Of a DNA stretch of 64,000 nt, positions 10,111 to 21,737 are shown one piece after another (the stretch's first letter is position 1; each line of letters starts with the position of its first letter). The notes beneath the pieces were generated by a model. It worked only from the letters and a program-made list of their open reading frames with translations, was not told the origin of the DNA and ran no database searches. A program made the position numbers and the translations under genes. Source of the stretch: Scyliorhinus canicula (taxonomy: Eukaryota); contig NC_052158.1 of NCBI RefSeq assembly GCF_902713615.1, positions 43,239,159-43,303,158 of the forward strand, given 5' to 3'.

Positions 10111-11574
10111 TATGAACATTAGGGTCTGATGAGGGGCCAATGAACCTTGAGAGTCTGATGATCCTGGCACAAAAAGGTGTAGCCCTCTACTTGGCAACTG
10201 TCTGTTAGATTAAATTTGAGTGAACAAATATCTGTTTGGCTATATTCCTGGCCTGAGTAACCTGGTCAGTCACATCCCTACCTTTACTCAACTAAGTCAC
10301 TTGCAGTGACAATGATGTATGTGAAGAAACTCGGTTCTAAATAAACAATGAGTTCTTTGGACTAATTATTTATTTGTGTGGTTTATTGTACTCAAACCTA
10401 ATGTATGACTTCCCTCCCTCAGGCTAGTAAACAACAGTCTGATTCATCAGAGATAGCCATCAGTGGGATGGTCCCTGAGGTAGAGGATCTTGGATCAAAG
10501 TTATATTGATTTTACAATAGGTGATGATTTTGCAAATTGTATCTAGTGATATTGCTCAGAAAATGTTTATCAATGTCACCTGTTTACATACAAATTCTAC
10601 GCATAATATTAAAACAACTCCACTTACTCACAGGAGGAATGAGCTGATAATGAGATAGGAAATTAATGTATTCAGTTTTTCTGGCATATTTGTGATAATG
10701 CATTTTGTCTACTTAGGTTGAAGACAGAAAACGCTTTGCTGCACCATGTCTCCTCATCGTCGCACTATGACCTTTCATCACATCATGTCTTCTAGTCTTC
10801 ATAACATATCCTCATCACTTGGCGTGAAGCGGCAATGAACTGTGAATAATTTCTGAACCCATGGAACATTGGTTTATTCTCTGCTTAATACAATTATGTC
10901 TTCATAATTCTTGATCATTTTTTAAATCATCTTTTTCAAAGAAAATCTAATTTGTAAGTAAGGTTCTCATGCCATATTAACAATGTCAGTTCGTGCAAAT
11001 ATTTCTTCTGTCACATATTTCATTAAAAGTTGTACAAATCTCTGGATTATTTTTTTAAAATCTAATTCTACTTCTAACTTTAAGTTCCACTAACCTGTCT
11101 ACTCCAATGTTGTGTAAAATTCGGTTCAGTCGATTCAGCAGGATGGTAAAGCCTTGCTGGATAATAATAGAACTTTCTGTCACTCAGATTCTAGTGTTCA
11201 CTCAGAGTGGGAATCCAGCTTTTGGGGACAAGATGAGTAGCAAGCCATCCATTCCCACAGTTTGAAGCCGAGGAGGCTTTAACTCCCAAGCCTGATATGT
11301 GTGTTTCCCTAGAAACCGAATAAAAGCCATCAAGAGGGTTCCAGCTGAGATCACACGGATCTCTGGCATGCAGGTAGTGAGAATGGGTTTCAGGAGGTTC
11401 TTGGGATCATGAAATGGGCGGAGCCTTGGGGGTCAGGAGACAAAGTAGAGATTTATGGGGAAAAGGTAGGGGCTGCGGAAAACCACTCATCTAAGGTGAA
11501 ATGAGGCCATGCAATGAAGAAAATGAAGGCAAGGACCATGGGGCAAAGGGAACTGCTGAATGGTACAAGACCAA

Positions 11575-11680
11575 AGTCCCCGAACAGGCGCCGGAATGTG
11601 GTGACTAGGGGCTTTTCACAGTAACTTCATTTGAAGCCTACTCGTGACAATAAGCGATTTTCATTTCATTTCATTTCATT
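11575..11680 (+). mobile_element. 5'-truncated SINE (CATTT-tailed family)
   Basis: CCCCGAACAGGCGCCGGAATGTGG...CACAGTAACTTCATTTGAAGCC...(CATTT)n, same family as 17833-18012. Confidence 0.8.
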
Positions 11681-12577
11681 GTTTATCTTTACTATCCTGA
11701 TGGTCACATCATCAGTGATAATGGAATTGACTAATTATAATCTCTATCAATTAGTCTACAACTGACCCAGACATGAAATAAAGGAACTCTTAGTGGTGGA
11801 GACATTTGAAAAACATAGATCTGAATTGTTCCTTGCAAACCTGCTACAATTAGCAGATGTCATAATGTGCAGTCTAAAATGTTCTCTTTTGAAAGAAATC
11901 TAATTTTCATTTACATGAATTAAACTTAACTGCTTCCGCCATTTCCAAGGCAGCTTGTTGTTCTATAGATTAGCCATTAATAGATTAATATTTCGTTCAC
12001 TGAAATATTGCTCACCTTTTTTTGTTTTTAACTTAATGCCCTTCAAGTACAGGTCATGTCTTCTGGTTCCAGTGAACCAGCTGAAGCAGCTTGTCATGAT
12101 CAACATGATTAATTCCCTTTACATTTTTTTTGAGTGGTAAGATTTAACCCAATTTATACATGCACTCCTCATAATGCAATATCCTTCCCCTCATTCCCTT
12201 GATGAGTTCGGTCACTCTTTTTATCCTTTCCATATTCCTCCTTTACTGTGGCAGTGAGAACTGTACACAGTATTCAAAGTGTGATCATACTAATAACTTA
12301 TAAATTTACAGGATTGCTTCACTATTTCAGCTCAGTACTGACTTTAAAACATCTGGGTTGCGATTTAACAGAAACATTTCTAAGTGTTATTTTGTGCGTG
12401 ATTGGTGGGGTGTTTCTCGGCAGCCCATATTTAAACGGCACTTACTGCCAGAAATGAGCCCCACAAGCTTCTCGCCATTATTGGTTGTTGCGTTGTCTCA
12501 TTCACCAGTCTTGTGTCTCGACGTTAACAGGACTTTTAAACACTCCTTCACCACTCACTCCAGTCAACACACAACCA

Positions 12578-14600
12578 TGCCACCACGCAGACCTGTTCCT
12601 TGTTTTGGCAATGCCGACATGGTCAGGCTGCTGGACTTTGTGAATGCGAGATAGGACATCCTGTTCCCCCGAGGGGGGTTGCAGGACCTGCAGTAGGTCA
12701 CCAAACTGCCTGGGAAGCAATGGCAGCAGCTGTCAATGTGGGCAGCATGACAAGGAGGACCAGCGTCCAATGTCAGAACAAGACCAACCACCTCGTCTGA
12801 GCTGCAAGGGTAAGTTCCCACCTCTCTTCGGGATCAGTACCGCCTACCATCCTTCAAATTTCCAACTGAACCCCCCCACCTCGCTCCCCCCCAACAAATC
12901 ATTGTTCATCACACCCCCCCCCCCCCCCCCCCCCATCCAGTCTTCGTGCTTGTTCCTCAGCAGTCCCTGGCAACCACCAACATAACCCCTTCATGTCCAG
13001 TTGTTGTGCCCATACATGCCACCTGCAATAAACCCCCCCCCCACCTCCGCCCAATCCATCAAGCGTATGGCTTACAGAGCCCTCTCTTTGTCCCTACGGG
13101 AGAAGATAGCCTATGAGTGGGAAAAGACCAAAATGAGGGTCGGAATTCTAGACATCTGAGTCTTCACTCCCTGTAAGGAACGGACCCCAGAGAGTGCGAG
13201 GTTGACCAAGGACAGAGCAGTCACCACTAGCGGGTTTGGCCTCCACAGCAGAGGTAAGGATCCACTGCCCCTGCATCCAGATGACCTGTCTCAAGTGAGT
13301 TGTTCATGTTAGACAAAATCATCCTTCCCACTCACTAACCACGGATGAAATTCTACGCCCCCGCCTTGGCAGAAATTCTCCGCCACCCGGGAATTGGTGG
13401 GGCAGGAATCGCACCACGACGAGCGGCGTGCACCCTGCGGTGATTCTCCGGCCCGCGATGGGCCAAAGTCCCGCCGCTGGGGGGCCAATCCCGCTGCCGT
13501 GGTTTGAACCACCTCTGGTGGCGGCGGGATCGGCGGCGCGAGCGGGCCCCCGGGGTCCTGGGAGGGGGGGTGGGACGATCAGACCCCGGGGGGTGCCCCC
13601 AAGGTTGCCAGGCCCGCGATCGGGGCCCACCGATCGGCAGGCGGGCCAGGGCCGTGGGGGCACTCTCTCTTCCGCCACCGCCACGGCCTCCGCCATGGCG
13701 GAAGCGGAAGAGAAGCGCGCATGCGCCGGTGGTGACGTCAGCGCCAGCTGGCCGCTGACGTCACCGCCGATGCATGCGCGAACCGGCGAAGGCCTTTCGG
13801 CCAGCCCCGGCGCCGGGCGGCAGACGTCAAAGGCCACTGGTGACGGTTTTGGCGGCAGTCGGCGTGGCGCCAACCGCTCCGGCGCGGGCCTAGCCCCCAA
13901 AGGTGCGGAGAATCCCCGCCCCGCCGTTGAGGGGAGAATGCTGCCCCACATGTCTATTCTCTTGCAGGATCTCCATCCCATGGGGCCAAACCATCTGGAG
14001 TCATCCATTCCCAGCCTTGCCACTGAAGAGACCATCTCGGTGGAGAGTTTTGAATTGACCACTATCGGGGCGTCACAGCAATCACTCCTACCTTACACCA
14101 GCGCAGAGACACACACCTCGGTGGGCGACAATAGTAGACAGACTTGGGCGGCAGAATCTGGTGAGCACCCCTCAGTTACTGATGCACATCAGGTGCAGGC
14201 AGGAAGATCCAAGGCATTCAGCAGTCAGAGGTCTGCTGGATCCCGAGACTCAGCCGAGTCCCATGCAGATGCCGAGCCATTGGACAAGATTATCCCAGAA
14301 CTGATGCAGATGCTAGGACATGGCCGTGAAATTCAGGAGAGGATGTCAGTGACATTCCAGCCACGAGTCCCAAAGACAACGGGCGCCGAAGATGATGCCA
14401 GCAATGCGTATCACCGAGGCAAACACTGCTAGGGTGGCAACGGCAATGAAAAGCCTGGAGCACAAAGTCAGCGTCTTGCATGGTGATGTTCAAGGCATGG
14501 CTCAGTCTGTGATGACCATGGCTGAGGGCCTTGACATCATGTCCCACGTGCCGATGAACATTGCTGAGGCACTGCAGAGTACCAGAGCTTTCCTCACAGC
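12578..14600 (+). pseudogene. Harbinger Myb/SANT-like DNA-binding protein gene (spliced, disabled)
   Basis: MPPRRPVPCFGNADMVRLLDFVNAR*...AWEAMAAAVNVGSMTRRTSVQCQNKTNHLV*AAR, then GTAAG donor near 12811; in-frame stops and a frameshift. Confidence 0.75.
13368..13922. mobile_element. Harbinger-type MITE nested in the Myb-like gene
   Basis: Imperfect TIRs GGCAGAAATTCTCC / GGAGAATCCCCGCCC; shares CTAGCCCC..AAAGGTG.GGAGAAT motif with the other MITEs. Confidence 0.7.
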
Positions 14601-14604
14601 AAGT

Positions 14605-15775
14605 TATCATAAGAACATAAGAACTAGGAGCAGGAGTAGGCCATCTGGCCCCTCGAGCCTGCTCCACCATTCAATGAGATCATGGCTGATCTTTTGTGGA
14701 CTCAGCTCCACTTTCTGGCCTGAACACCATAACCCTTACACCCTTTATTCTTCAAAAAACTATCTATCTTTACCTTAAAAAACATTTAATAAAGGAGCCT
14801 CAACTACTTCACTGGGCAAGGAATTCCATAGATTCACAACCCTTTGGGTGAAGACTTTCCTCCTGTGCTCAGTCCTAAATCTACTTCCCCTTATTTTGAG
14901 GCTATGCCCCCTAGTTCTGCTTTCATCCGCCAGTGGAAACAACCTGCCCGCATCTATCCTATCTATTCCCTTCATAATTTTATATGTTTCTATAAGATTC
15001 CCCCTCATTCTTCTAAATTCCAACGAGTACAGTCCCAGTCTACTCAACCTCTCCTCGTAATTCATAGATATATACATAGAATCTACAGTGCAGAAGGAGG
15101 CCATTTGGCCCATCGAGTCTGCACCGGCTCCTGGAAAGAGCACCCTACCCAAGGTTAACACCTCCACCCTATCCGCATAACCCAGCACCCCACACAACAC
15201 TAAGGGCAATTTTGGACACTAAGGGCAATTTAGCATGGCCAATCCACCTACCCTGCACATCTTTGGACTGTGGGAGGAAACCGGAGCACCCAGAGGAAAC
15301 CCACGCACACACGGGGAGGATGTGCAGACTCCAACAGACAGTGACCCAAGCCGGAATTGAACCTGGGACCCTGGAGATGTGAAGCCATTGTGCTATCCAC
15401 AATGCTATCTTGCTGCCCTTATCCACCCCCTAATCCAACCCCTTCAGCTCTGGGATTAACCTAGTGAATCTCCTCTGCACATCCTCCAGTGCCAGTACGT
15501 CCTTTCTCAGGTAAGGAGACCAAAACTGAACACAATACTCCAGGTGTGGCCTCACTAACACCTTATACTATTGCAGCATAACCTCCCTAGTCTCAAACGC
15601 CATCCCTCTAGCAATGAAGGACAATATTCCATTCGCCTTCTTAATCACCTATTCCACCTGTAAACAAACTTTTTGCGACTCATGCACTTGCACACCCAGG
15701 TCTCTCTGCACAGCCGCATGTTTTAATATTTTATCATTTAAATAATAATCCCTTTTGCTGTTATTCCTACCAAAA
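14605..15775 (-). mobile_element. 5'-truncated CR1 LINE (RT C-terminus and 3'UTR)
   Basis: LSRLGLYSLEFRRMRGNLIETYKIMKG...FTQRVVNLWNSLP; (TTCTTATG)n tail; interrupted by a SINE. Confidence 0.9.
15063..15418 (-). mobile_element. tRNA-derived V-type SINE
   Basis: Reverse-complement A/B boxes, central domain and CR1-like tail. Confidence 0.9.
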
Positions 15776-15868
15776 TGGATAACCTCGCATTTGTATCCCA
15801 TCACTCACCTGCCTTGTATATTGACCCACTGACAGTGTTGACGCAGGCCCATTACCCTGGGCCTTGCA

Positions 15869-17400
15869 TTACTCCTGCAGGATCTCCATCCAATGGGACC
15901 CATTACCCTGGGGTGATGTTACACAGATCTGGAAGGGTTGAACAGGGTAGCCGGAGGTGGATGGAGGTGAACAAAGACCCATTCTATGGGAAGCAGGTGA
16001 GGTTGAGGGCCTCCCGATCCTACGGGCACGACGGACCCTTGCCGCAGCCTGCCCTTCATCCTCCAGTTCTTCCTGTGGCTCCTCCCCGGGCTCACCCACC
16101 TTCCCCTCCTGGCCTGGCTCCTCCTCCTCAGACGAGGCCGCATGTCCCTCCTCCTCCTCTAGCTTGTCACCCCACTGCTGTTCCAGGTTGTGGAGAGCAC
16201 AGCAGTCCAGCACAAAGTAGGAGACCCTCTGGGGGGTGTACTGCAGGGCACCACGAGAGCCATCAGGCAACGAAACTGCATTTTCAGCAGTCTGATGCGC
16301 CGCTCGATTACAGCACGGGTGGCAACACAGGCCTCGTTGTATCGGGTCTCCATCTCCATCTCCGGCCTCTGCACTGGTGTCATCAGCCATGAAACCAGTG
16401 GGTATCCCTAATCTGCAAAGAGGCAACCCGTCATACTTGGGTAGTCCCCACAGATACCGAGGAGCTCCGAGTGTCCCAGGATGTTGCTGTCATGCACGTT
16501 CCCTGGGAAGCGTGCATACATGTGCATGATCCAAAGCTGTTGGTCGCACACGAGTTAAACATTCAGGGAGTGGACATTCCTCTTAATGAAGGGCACTCTC
16601 TGATGCCCCAGTACACGCAAAGTGACATACATGCCATCAATTACCACCTGGATCCTGGCCATCCCGGAGATAGAATAGAATAGAACAGTACAGCACAGAA
16701 CAGGCCCTTCGGCCCTCGATGTTGTGCCGAGCAATGATCACCCTACTCAAACCCACGTATCCACCCTATACCCGTAACCCATCAACTCCCCCCTTAACCT
16801 TATTATTAGGACACTACGGGCAATTTAGCATGGCCAATCCGCCTAACCCGCACATCTTTGGACAGTGGGAGGAAACCGGAGCACCCGGAGGAAACCCACG
16901 CACACACGGGGAGGACGTGCAGACTCCGCACAGACAGTGACCCAGACGGGAATCGAACCTGGGACCCTGGAGCTGTGAAGCATTTATGCTAACCACCATG
17001 CTACCGTGCTGCCCAAATAGTGGAGAATCCTGCAGTCCGGGCACCTTGGTGGGTTTTGTCCAGCTCAAAGTTTAGTTTGTTGCCTGGGCAAACAGGGCAA
17101 TCGTGAACTCACGGATGTACTTGTGGGCTGTAGCTTGTGAAATGCTGCACAAGTCCCCACTCAAGCCCCGGAATGAACTGGTTGCATAGAAATTCAGAGC
17201 TGTGGTGACCTTCAAGGCCTTCGGGAGCAGGTGTCCCCTCCTCCACAGGGTGCCAAGTGCGTGAGCATGTGAAACAGGTACCGCACTGTCTCTTTTTGAG
17301 ATAATGTCTCCTGCGTCACATGCTGTCATCCGTCATCTCCTTGAAAGACCAATAATGCCTGAACATGTTGGGCTGTCGCTGGCCTCCCTCTCTGGGTTCT
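15869..17400 (-). pseudogene. Harbinger DDE transposase (HARBI1-like family), disabled
   Basis: Motifs KVTTALNFYATSSF...GDLCSISQ, RYNEACVATRAVIERRIRLLKMQFRCL, GALQYTPQRV...CCALHNL; frameshifts and a SINE insertion. Confidence 0.88.
16670..17014 (-). mobile_element. tRNA-derived V-type SINE (HE1-like) inside the transposase
   Basis: Near-identical to 2945-3289 in reverse orientation. Confidence 0.92.
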
Positions 17401-17601
17401 TCCTCACCCTGATGGGTGGCCGGGTCTTCAGTGTGTGAGGCGGCCGCCAGCTAATTGGGTGACGCCTCCAGCCTGTGATGAAGCTGCTGTCTTCTCCAGT
17501 GGCTGGCAGCCGGGGCTGCGACCAGTACCATTAAGGCATTCTCTGTAGGATGGCCACCACCATCCAGTTTGATATCTGCAAGTGAAATGAAAAATGAAAA
17601 A

Positions 17602-17832
17602 TTTATTTTTAAATTTTTTTTTTAGATTACCCAATTATTTTTTCCAATTAAGGGGCAATTTAGTGTGGCCAATCCACCTACTCTGCACATTTTTGGGTTG
17701 TGGGGGTGAAACCCACACAGACACGGGGAGAATGTGCAAACTCCACACGGACAGTGACCAAGAGCCGGGATCGAACCTGGGACCTCAGCGCCGTGAGGCG
17801 GTTGTGCTAACCACTAGGCCACCGTGCTGCCC
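17602..17832 (-). mobile_element. Short A-tailed SINE inserted in the tail of another SINE
   Basis: Same subtype as 9178-9500; TGAAAAATGAAAA duplicated on both sides. Confidence 0.88.
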
Positions 17833-18012
17833 TGAAAAATGAAAATTGCTTATTGTCATAAGTAGGCTTCAAATGAAGTTACTGTGAAAAGCCCCTAGTC
17901 GCCACATTCCGGCACCTGTTTGTGGAGGCTGGTACCGGAATTTAACCATGCTGCTGGCCTGCCCTGGTCTGCTTTCAAAGCCAGCAATTTAGCCCTGTGC
18001 TAAACCAACCCC
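17833..18012 (-). mobile_element. tRNA-derived SINE (CATTT-tailed family)
   Basis: GGGG(T/C)TGGTTTAGCACAGGGCTAAAT head on minus; tail shared with 11575-11680. Confidence 0.85.
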
Positions 18013-18409
18013 TGGAAACCAGTAATTGGAGAAGGACGAGAGACAATCAGTCAGGGATTCCACCCGGAACCCTCAAATTCCCCAAGCCTCCCCCAACCTT
18101 ACATGTCCTGTCTTCTCTCAGAGTGCCATCCACCGAAAGAGTTGTGCTGGAAAACGTTGTCTGTACACTCACCCCCGCCAACAGCAGGACCCCCCCAGAC
18201 TCCTCCCAGTAACACCCGTGCTCAGGTGCCCTCCCCTGTTCCACACACTCACACTTTGGTTGTGAGGGTATCCCCAGTGCTGAAGCCCAGCCCTCAAGTG
18301 TTTGATTATTGTCGACTGCCTCTATGGTCCTGACGTTTATACAGCTCAGGCAAACTGTTCAGGCTTCAAAGTTGGATTGAAATGCGATGCAATAATTATC
18401 ATCTGAGAT

Positions 18410-21400
18410 ATGGCACATGTACAGCAAGGAGATGGGTTGAAGTGTGTATACTTTAATGCAAGAAGCATCAGGAATAAGGAGGGTGAACTTAAGGCATGGA
18501 TCGGTACTTGGGACTACGATGTGGTGGCCATCACGGAAACTTGGATAGAAGAGGGGCAGAAATGGTTGTTGGGGTCCCTGGTTATAGATGTTTCAACAAG
18601 ATTAGGGAGGATGGTAAAAGAGGTGGGGGCGGTGGCATTGTTAATTAGAGATAGTATAACAGCTGCAGAAAGGCAGTTCGAGGGGGATCTGCCTACTGAG
18701 GTAATATGGGTTGAAGTCAGAAATAGGAAAGGAGCAGTCACCTTGTTGGGAGTTTTCTATAGGCCCCCCAATAACAGCAGAGATGGGGAGGAATAGATTG
18801 GGAAACAGATTTTGGAAAGGTGCAGAAGTCACAGGGTAGCAGTCATGGGTGACTTCAACTTCCCAAATATTGAGTGCAAACTCTTTGGATCAAATAGTTT
18901 GGATGGGGTGGTGTTTCTGCAGTATGTCCAGAAAGCTTTTCTAACACAGTATGTAGATTGTCTGACCAGAGGGGAGGCCATATTGGATTTGGTACTTGGT
19001 AATGAACCAGGGCAAGTGATAGATTTGTTAGTGGGGGAGCATTTTGGAGGTAGTGACCACAATTCTGTGACTTTCACTTTAGTTATAGAGAGGGATAGGT
19101 GCGTGCAACAGGGCAAGTTTTATAATTGGGGGAAGGGTAAATACAATGCTGTCAGACAGGAATTGAAGTGTAGAAGTTGGGAACATAGGCTGTCAGGGAA
19201 GGACACAAGTGAAATGTGGAACTTGTTCAAGGAACAGGTACTGCGTGTCTTTGATATGTATGTCCCTGTCAGGCAGGGAAGAGATGGTCGAGTGAGGGAA
19301 CCATGGTTGACAAGAGAGGTTGAATGTCTTGTTAAGAGGAAGAAGGAGACTTATGTAAGGCTGAAGAAACAAGGCTCAGACAGGGCGCTGGAGGGATACA
19401 AGATAGCCAGGAGGGAACTGAAGAAAGGGATTAGGAGAGCTAAGAGAGGGCATGAAAAATCTTTGGCAGGTAGGATCAAGGAAAACCCCAAGGCCTTTTA
19501 CACATATGTGAGAAATATGAGAATGACTAGAGCGAGGGTAGGTCCGATCAAGGACAGTAGCGGGAGATTGTGTATTGAGTCTGAAGAGAGAGGAGAGGTC
19601 TTGAACAAGTATTTTTCTTCAGTATTTACAAACGAGAGGGGCCATATTGTTGGAGAGGACAGTGTGAAACAGACTGATAAGCTCGAGGAGATACTTGTCA
19701 GGAAGGAAGATGTGTTGCGCGTTTTGAAAAACTTGAGGATAGACAAGTCCCCCGGGCCTGACGGGATATATCCAGGGATTCTATGGGAAGCAAGAAATGA
19801 AATTGCAGAGCCGTTGGCAATGATCTTTTCGTCCTCACTGTCAACAGGGGTGGTACCAGAGGATTGGAGAGTGGCGAATGTCGTGCCCCTGTTCAAAAAA
19901 GGGAATAGGGATAACCCTGGGAATTACAGGCCAGTTAGTCTTACTTCGGTGGCAGGCAAAGTAATGGAAAGGGTACTGAGGGATAGGATTTCTGAGCATC
20001 TGGAAAGGAATTGCTTGATTAGGGATAGTCAGCACGGATTTGTGAGGGGTAGGTCTTGCCTCACAAGTCTTATTGACTTCTTTGAGGAGGTGACCAAGCA
20101 TGTGGATGAAGGTAAAGCAGTGGATGTAGTGTACATGGATTTTAGTAAGGCATTTGATAAGGTTCCCCATTGTAGGCTTGTGCAGAAAGTAAGGAAGCAT
20201 GGGATAGTGGGAAATTTGGCCAGTTGGATAACAAACTGGCTAACCGATAGAAGACAGAGAGTGGTGGTGGATGGCAAATATTCAGCCTGGAGCCCAGTTA
20301 TCAGTGGTGTACCGCAGGGATCAGTTCTGGGTCCTCTGCTGTTTGTGATTTTCATTAACGACTTGGATGAGGGAGTTGAAGGGTGGGTCAGTAAATTTGC
20401 AGATGATACGAAGATTGGTGGAGTTGTGGATAGTGAGGAGGGCTGTTGTCGGCTTCAAAGAGACATAGATAGGATGCAGAGCTGGGCTGAGAAGTGGCAG
20501 ATGGAGTTTAACCCTGACAAGTGTGAGGTTGTCCATTTTGGAAGGATAAATATGAATGCGGAATACAGGGTTAACGGTAGGGTTCTTGGCAATGTGGAGG
20601 AGCAAAGAGATCTTGGGGTCTATGTTCATAGATCTTTGAAAGTTGCCACTCAAGTGGATAGAGCTGTGCAGAAGGCCTATGGTGTACTAGCGTTCATTAG
20701 CAGAGGGATTGAATTTGAGAGCCGTGAGGTGATGATGCAGCTGTACAAAACCTTGGTCAGGCCACATTTGGAGTACTGTGTGCAGTTCTGGTCGCCTCAT
20801 TTTAGGAAGGATGTGGAAGCTTTGGAAAAGGTGCAAAGGAGATTTACCAGGATGTTGCCTGGAATGGAGAGTAGGTCATACGAGGAAAGGTTGAGGGTGC
20901 TAGGCCTTTTCTCATTAGAACGGAGAAGGATGAGGGGCGACTTGATAGAGGTTTATAAGATGATTAGGGGAATAGATAGAGTAGACAGTCAGAGACTTTT
21001 TCCCCTGGTGGAGCACACCATTATAAGAGGACATAAATTTAAGATAATTGGTGAAAGATATGGAGGGGATGTCAGAGGTAGGTTCTTTACCCAGAGAGTA
21101 GTGGGGGCATGGAATGCACTGCCTGTGGAAGTAGTTGAGTCGGAAACGTTAGGGACCTTCAAGCGGCTATTGGATAGGTACATGGATTAGGGTAAAATAA
21201 TGGAGTGTAGGTTAACTTCTTAAGGGCAGCACGGTAGCATTGTGGATAGCACAATTGCTTCACAGCTCCAGGGTCCCAAGTTCGATTCCGGCTTGGGTCA
21301 CTGCCTGTGTGGAGTCTGCACATCCTCCCCGTGACTGCGTGGGTTTCCTCCGGGTACTCCGGTTTCCTCCCACAGTCCAAAGATCTGCAGGTTGGGTGGA

Positions 21401-21508
21401 TTGGCCATGCAAAATTGTCCAAAATTCTTTGATTAACCTAGGACAAAAGTTCGGTGCAACATCGTGGGCCGAAGGGCCTGTTCTGTGCTGTATTTCTCTA
21501 TCTATCTC
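18410..21508 (+). mobile_element. CR1 LINE, 5'-truncated (ORF2 region), with a SINE-derived segment in its 3'UTR
   Basis: APE start GLKCVYFNARSIRNK, RT motifs, CR1 tail CAACATCGTGGGCCGAAGGGCCTG and (CTAT)n end. Confidence 0.95.
18812..21190 (+). CDS. CR1 ORF2 open segment (APE C-terminus plus complete RT, 792 aa); upstream APE part has a frameshift and a stop at 18794
   Basis: [23 protein letters not shown] motifs in one uninterrupted frame. Confidence 0.9.
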   Translation: MERCRSHRVAVMGDFNFPNIECKLFGSNSLDGVVFLQYVQKAFLTQYVDCLTRGEAILDLVLGNEPGQVIDLLVGEHFGGSDHNSVTFTLVIERDRCVQQGKFYNWGKGKYNAVRQELKCRSWEHRLSGKDTSEMWNLFKEQVLRVFDMYVPVRQGRDGRVREPWLTREVECLVKRKKETYVRLKKQGSDRALEGYKIARRELKKGIRRAKRGHEKSLAGRIKENPKAFYTYVRNMRMTRARVGPIKDSSGRLCIESEERGEVLNKYFSSVFTNERGHIVGEDSVKQTDKLEEILVRKEDVLRVLKNLRIDKSPGPDGIYPGILWEARNEIAEPLAMIFSSSLSTGVVPEDWRVANVVPLFKKGNRDNPGNYRPVSLTSVAGKVMERVLRDRISEHLERNCLIRDSQHGFVRGRSCLTSLIDFFEEVTKHVDEGKAVDVVYMDFSKAFDKVPHCRLVQKVRKHGIVGNLASWITNWLTDRRQRVVVDGKYSAWSPVISGVPQGSVLGPLLFVIFINDLDEGVEGWVSKFADDTKIGGVVDSEEGCCRLQRDIDRMQSWAEKWQMEFNPDKCEVVHFGRINMNAEYRVNGRVLGNVEEQRDLGVYVHRSLKVATQVDRAVQKAYGVLAFISRGIEFESREVMMQLYKTLVRPHLEYCVQFWSPHFRKDVEALEKVQRRFTRMLPGMESRSYEERLRVLGLFSLERRRMRGDLIEVYKMIRGIDRVDSQRLFPLVEHTIIRGHKFKIIGERYGGDVRGRFFTQRVVGAWNALPVEVVESETLGTFKRLLDRYMD

Positions 21509-21698
21509 TATCTATCTACACACGAGAATCCACTTGAGAAATATTTTGTTTATCAAACGGTTAACATTATCTATACAAAGAGATGAAAAACAACAACTTA
21601 ACAGTCCATATATCACATGAACCATTGATCAACAAGGAAATGTCACCACACCATACACACACAAGTGAGGTCTGGCAGCATCTGTACGGAGAGAAAAC

Positions 21699-21737
21699 AG
21701 CTAACGATTTGAGTCCAGATGACCCTTTGTCAAAGCT
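21699..21737 (-). ncRNA. Degenerate U3-A8 hammerhead motif (GAAA mutated)
   Basis: Minus strand: AGCT TTGACAA A GGGTC ATCTG GACTC AAAT CGTT AGCT. Confidence 0.45.

Larger units (their letters stand above)
12355..18400. mobile_element. Decayed PIF/Harbinger DNA transposon with convergent Myb-like and transposase genes
   Basis: Left TIR-like GGGTTGCGATTTAAC at 12355; Myb/SANT-like ORF on plus and DDE transposase on minus; right TIR not found; several nested insertions. Confidence 0.8.

Noticed and set aside
10125-10160. CTGATGAG motif as another hammerhead (also at about 23939)
   Set aside because: No stem II followed by GAAA and no stem I pairing could be drawn.
13428-14432. 334-aa ORF as a novel gene
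   Set aside because: It is a chance fusion of a GC-rich MITE frame with part of the decayed Harbinger Myb-like gene.
15869-17400. Host HARBI1 gene
   Set aside because: Frameshifted, SINE-interrupted and paired with a Myb-like ORF and TIR, as expected for a transposon copy rather than the domesticated gene.
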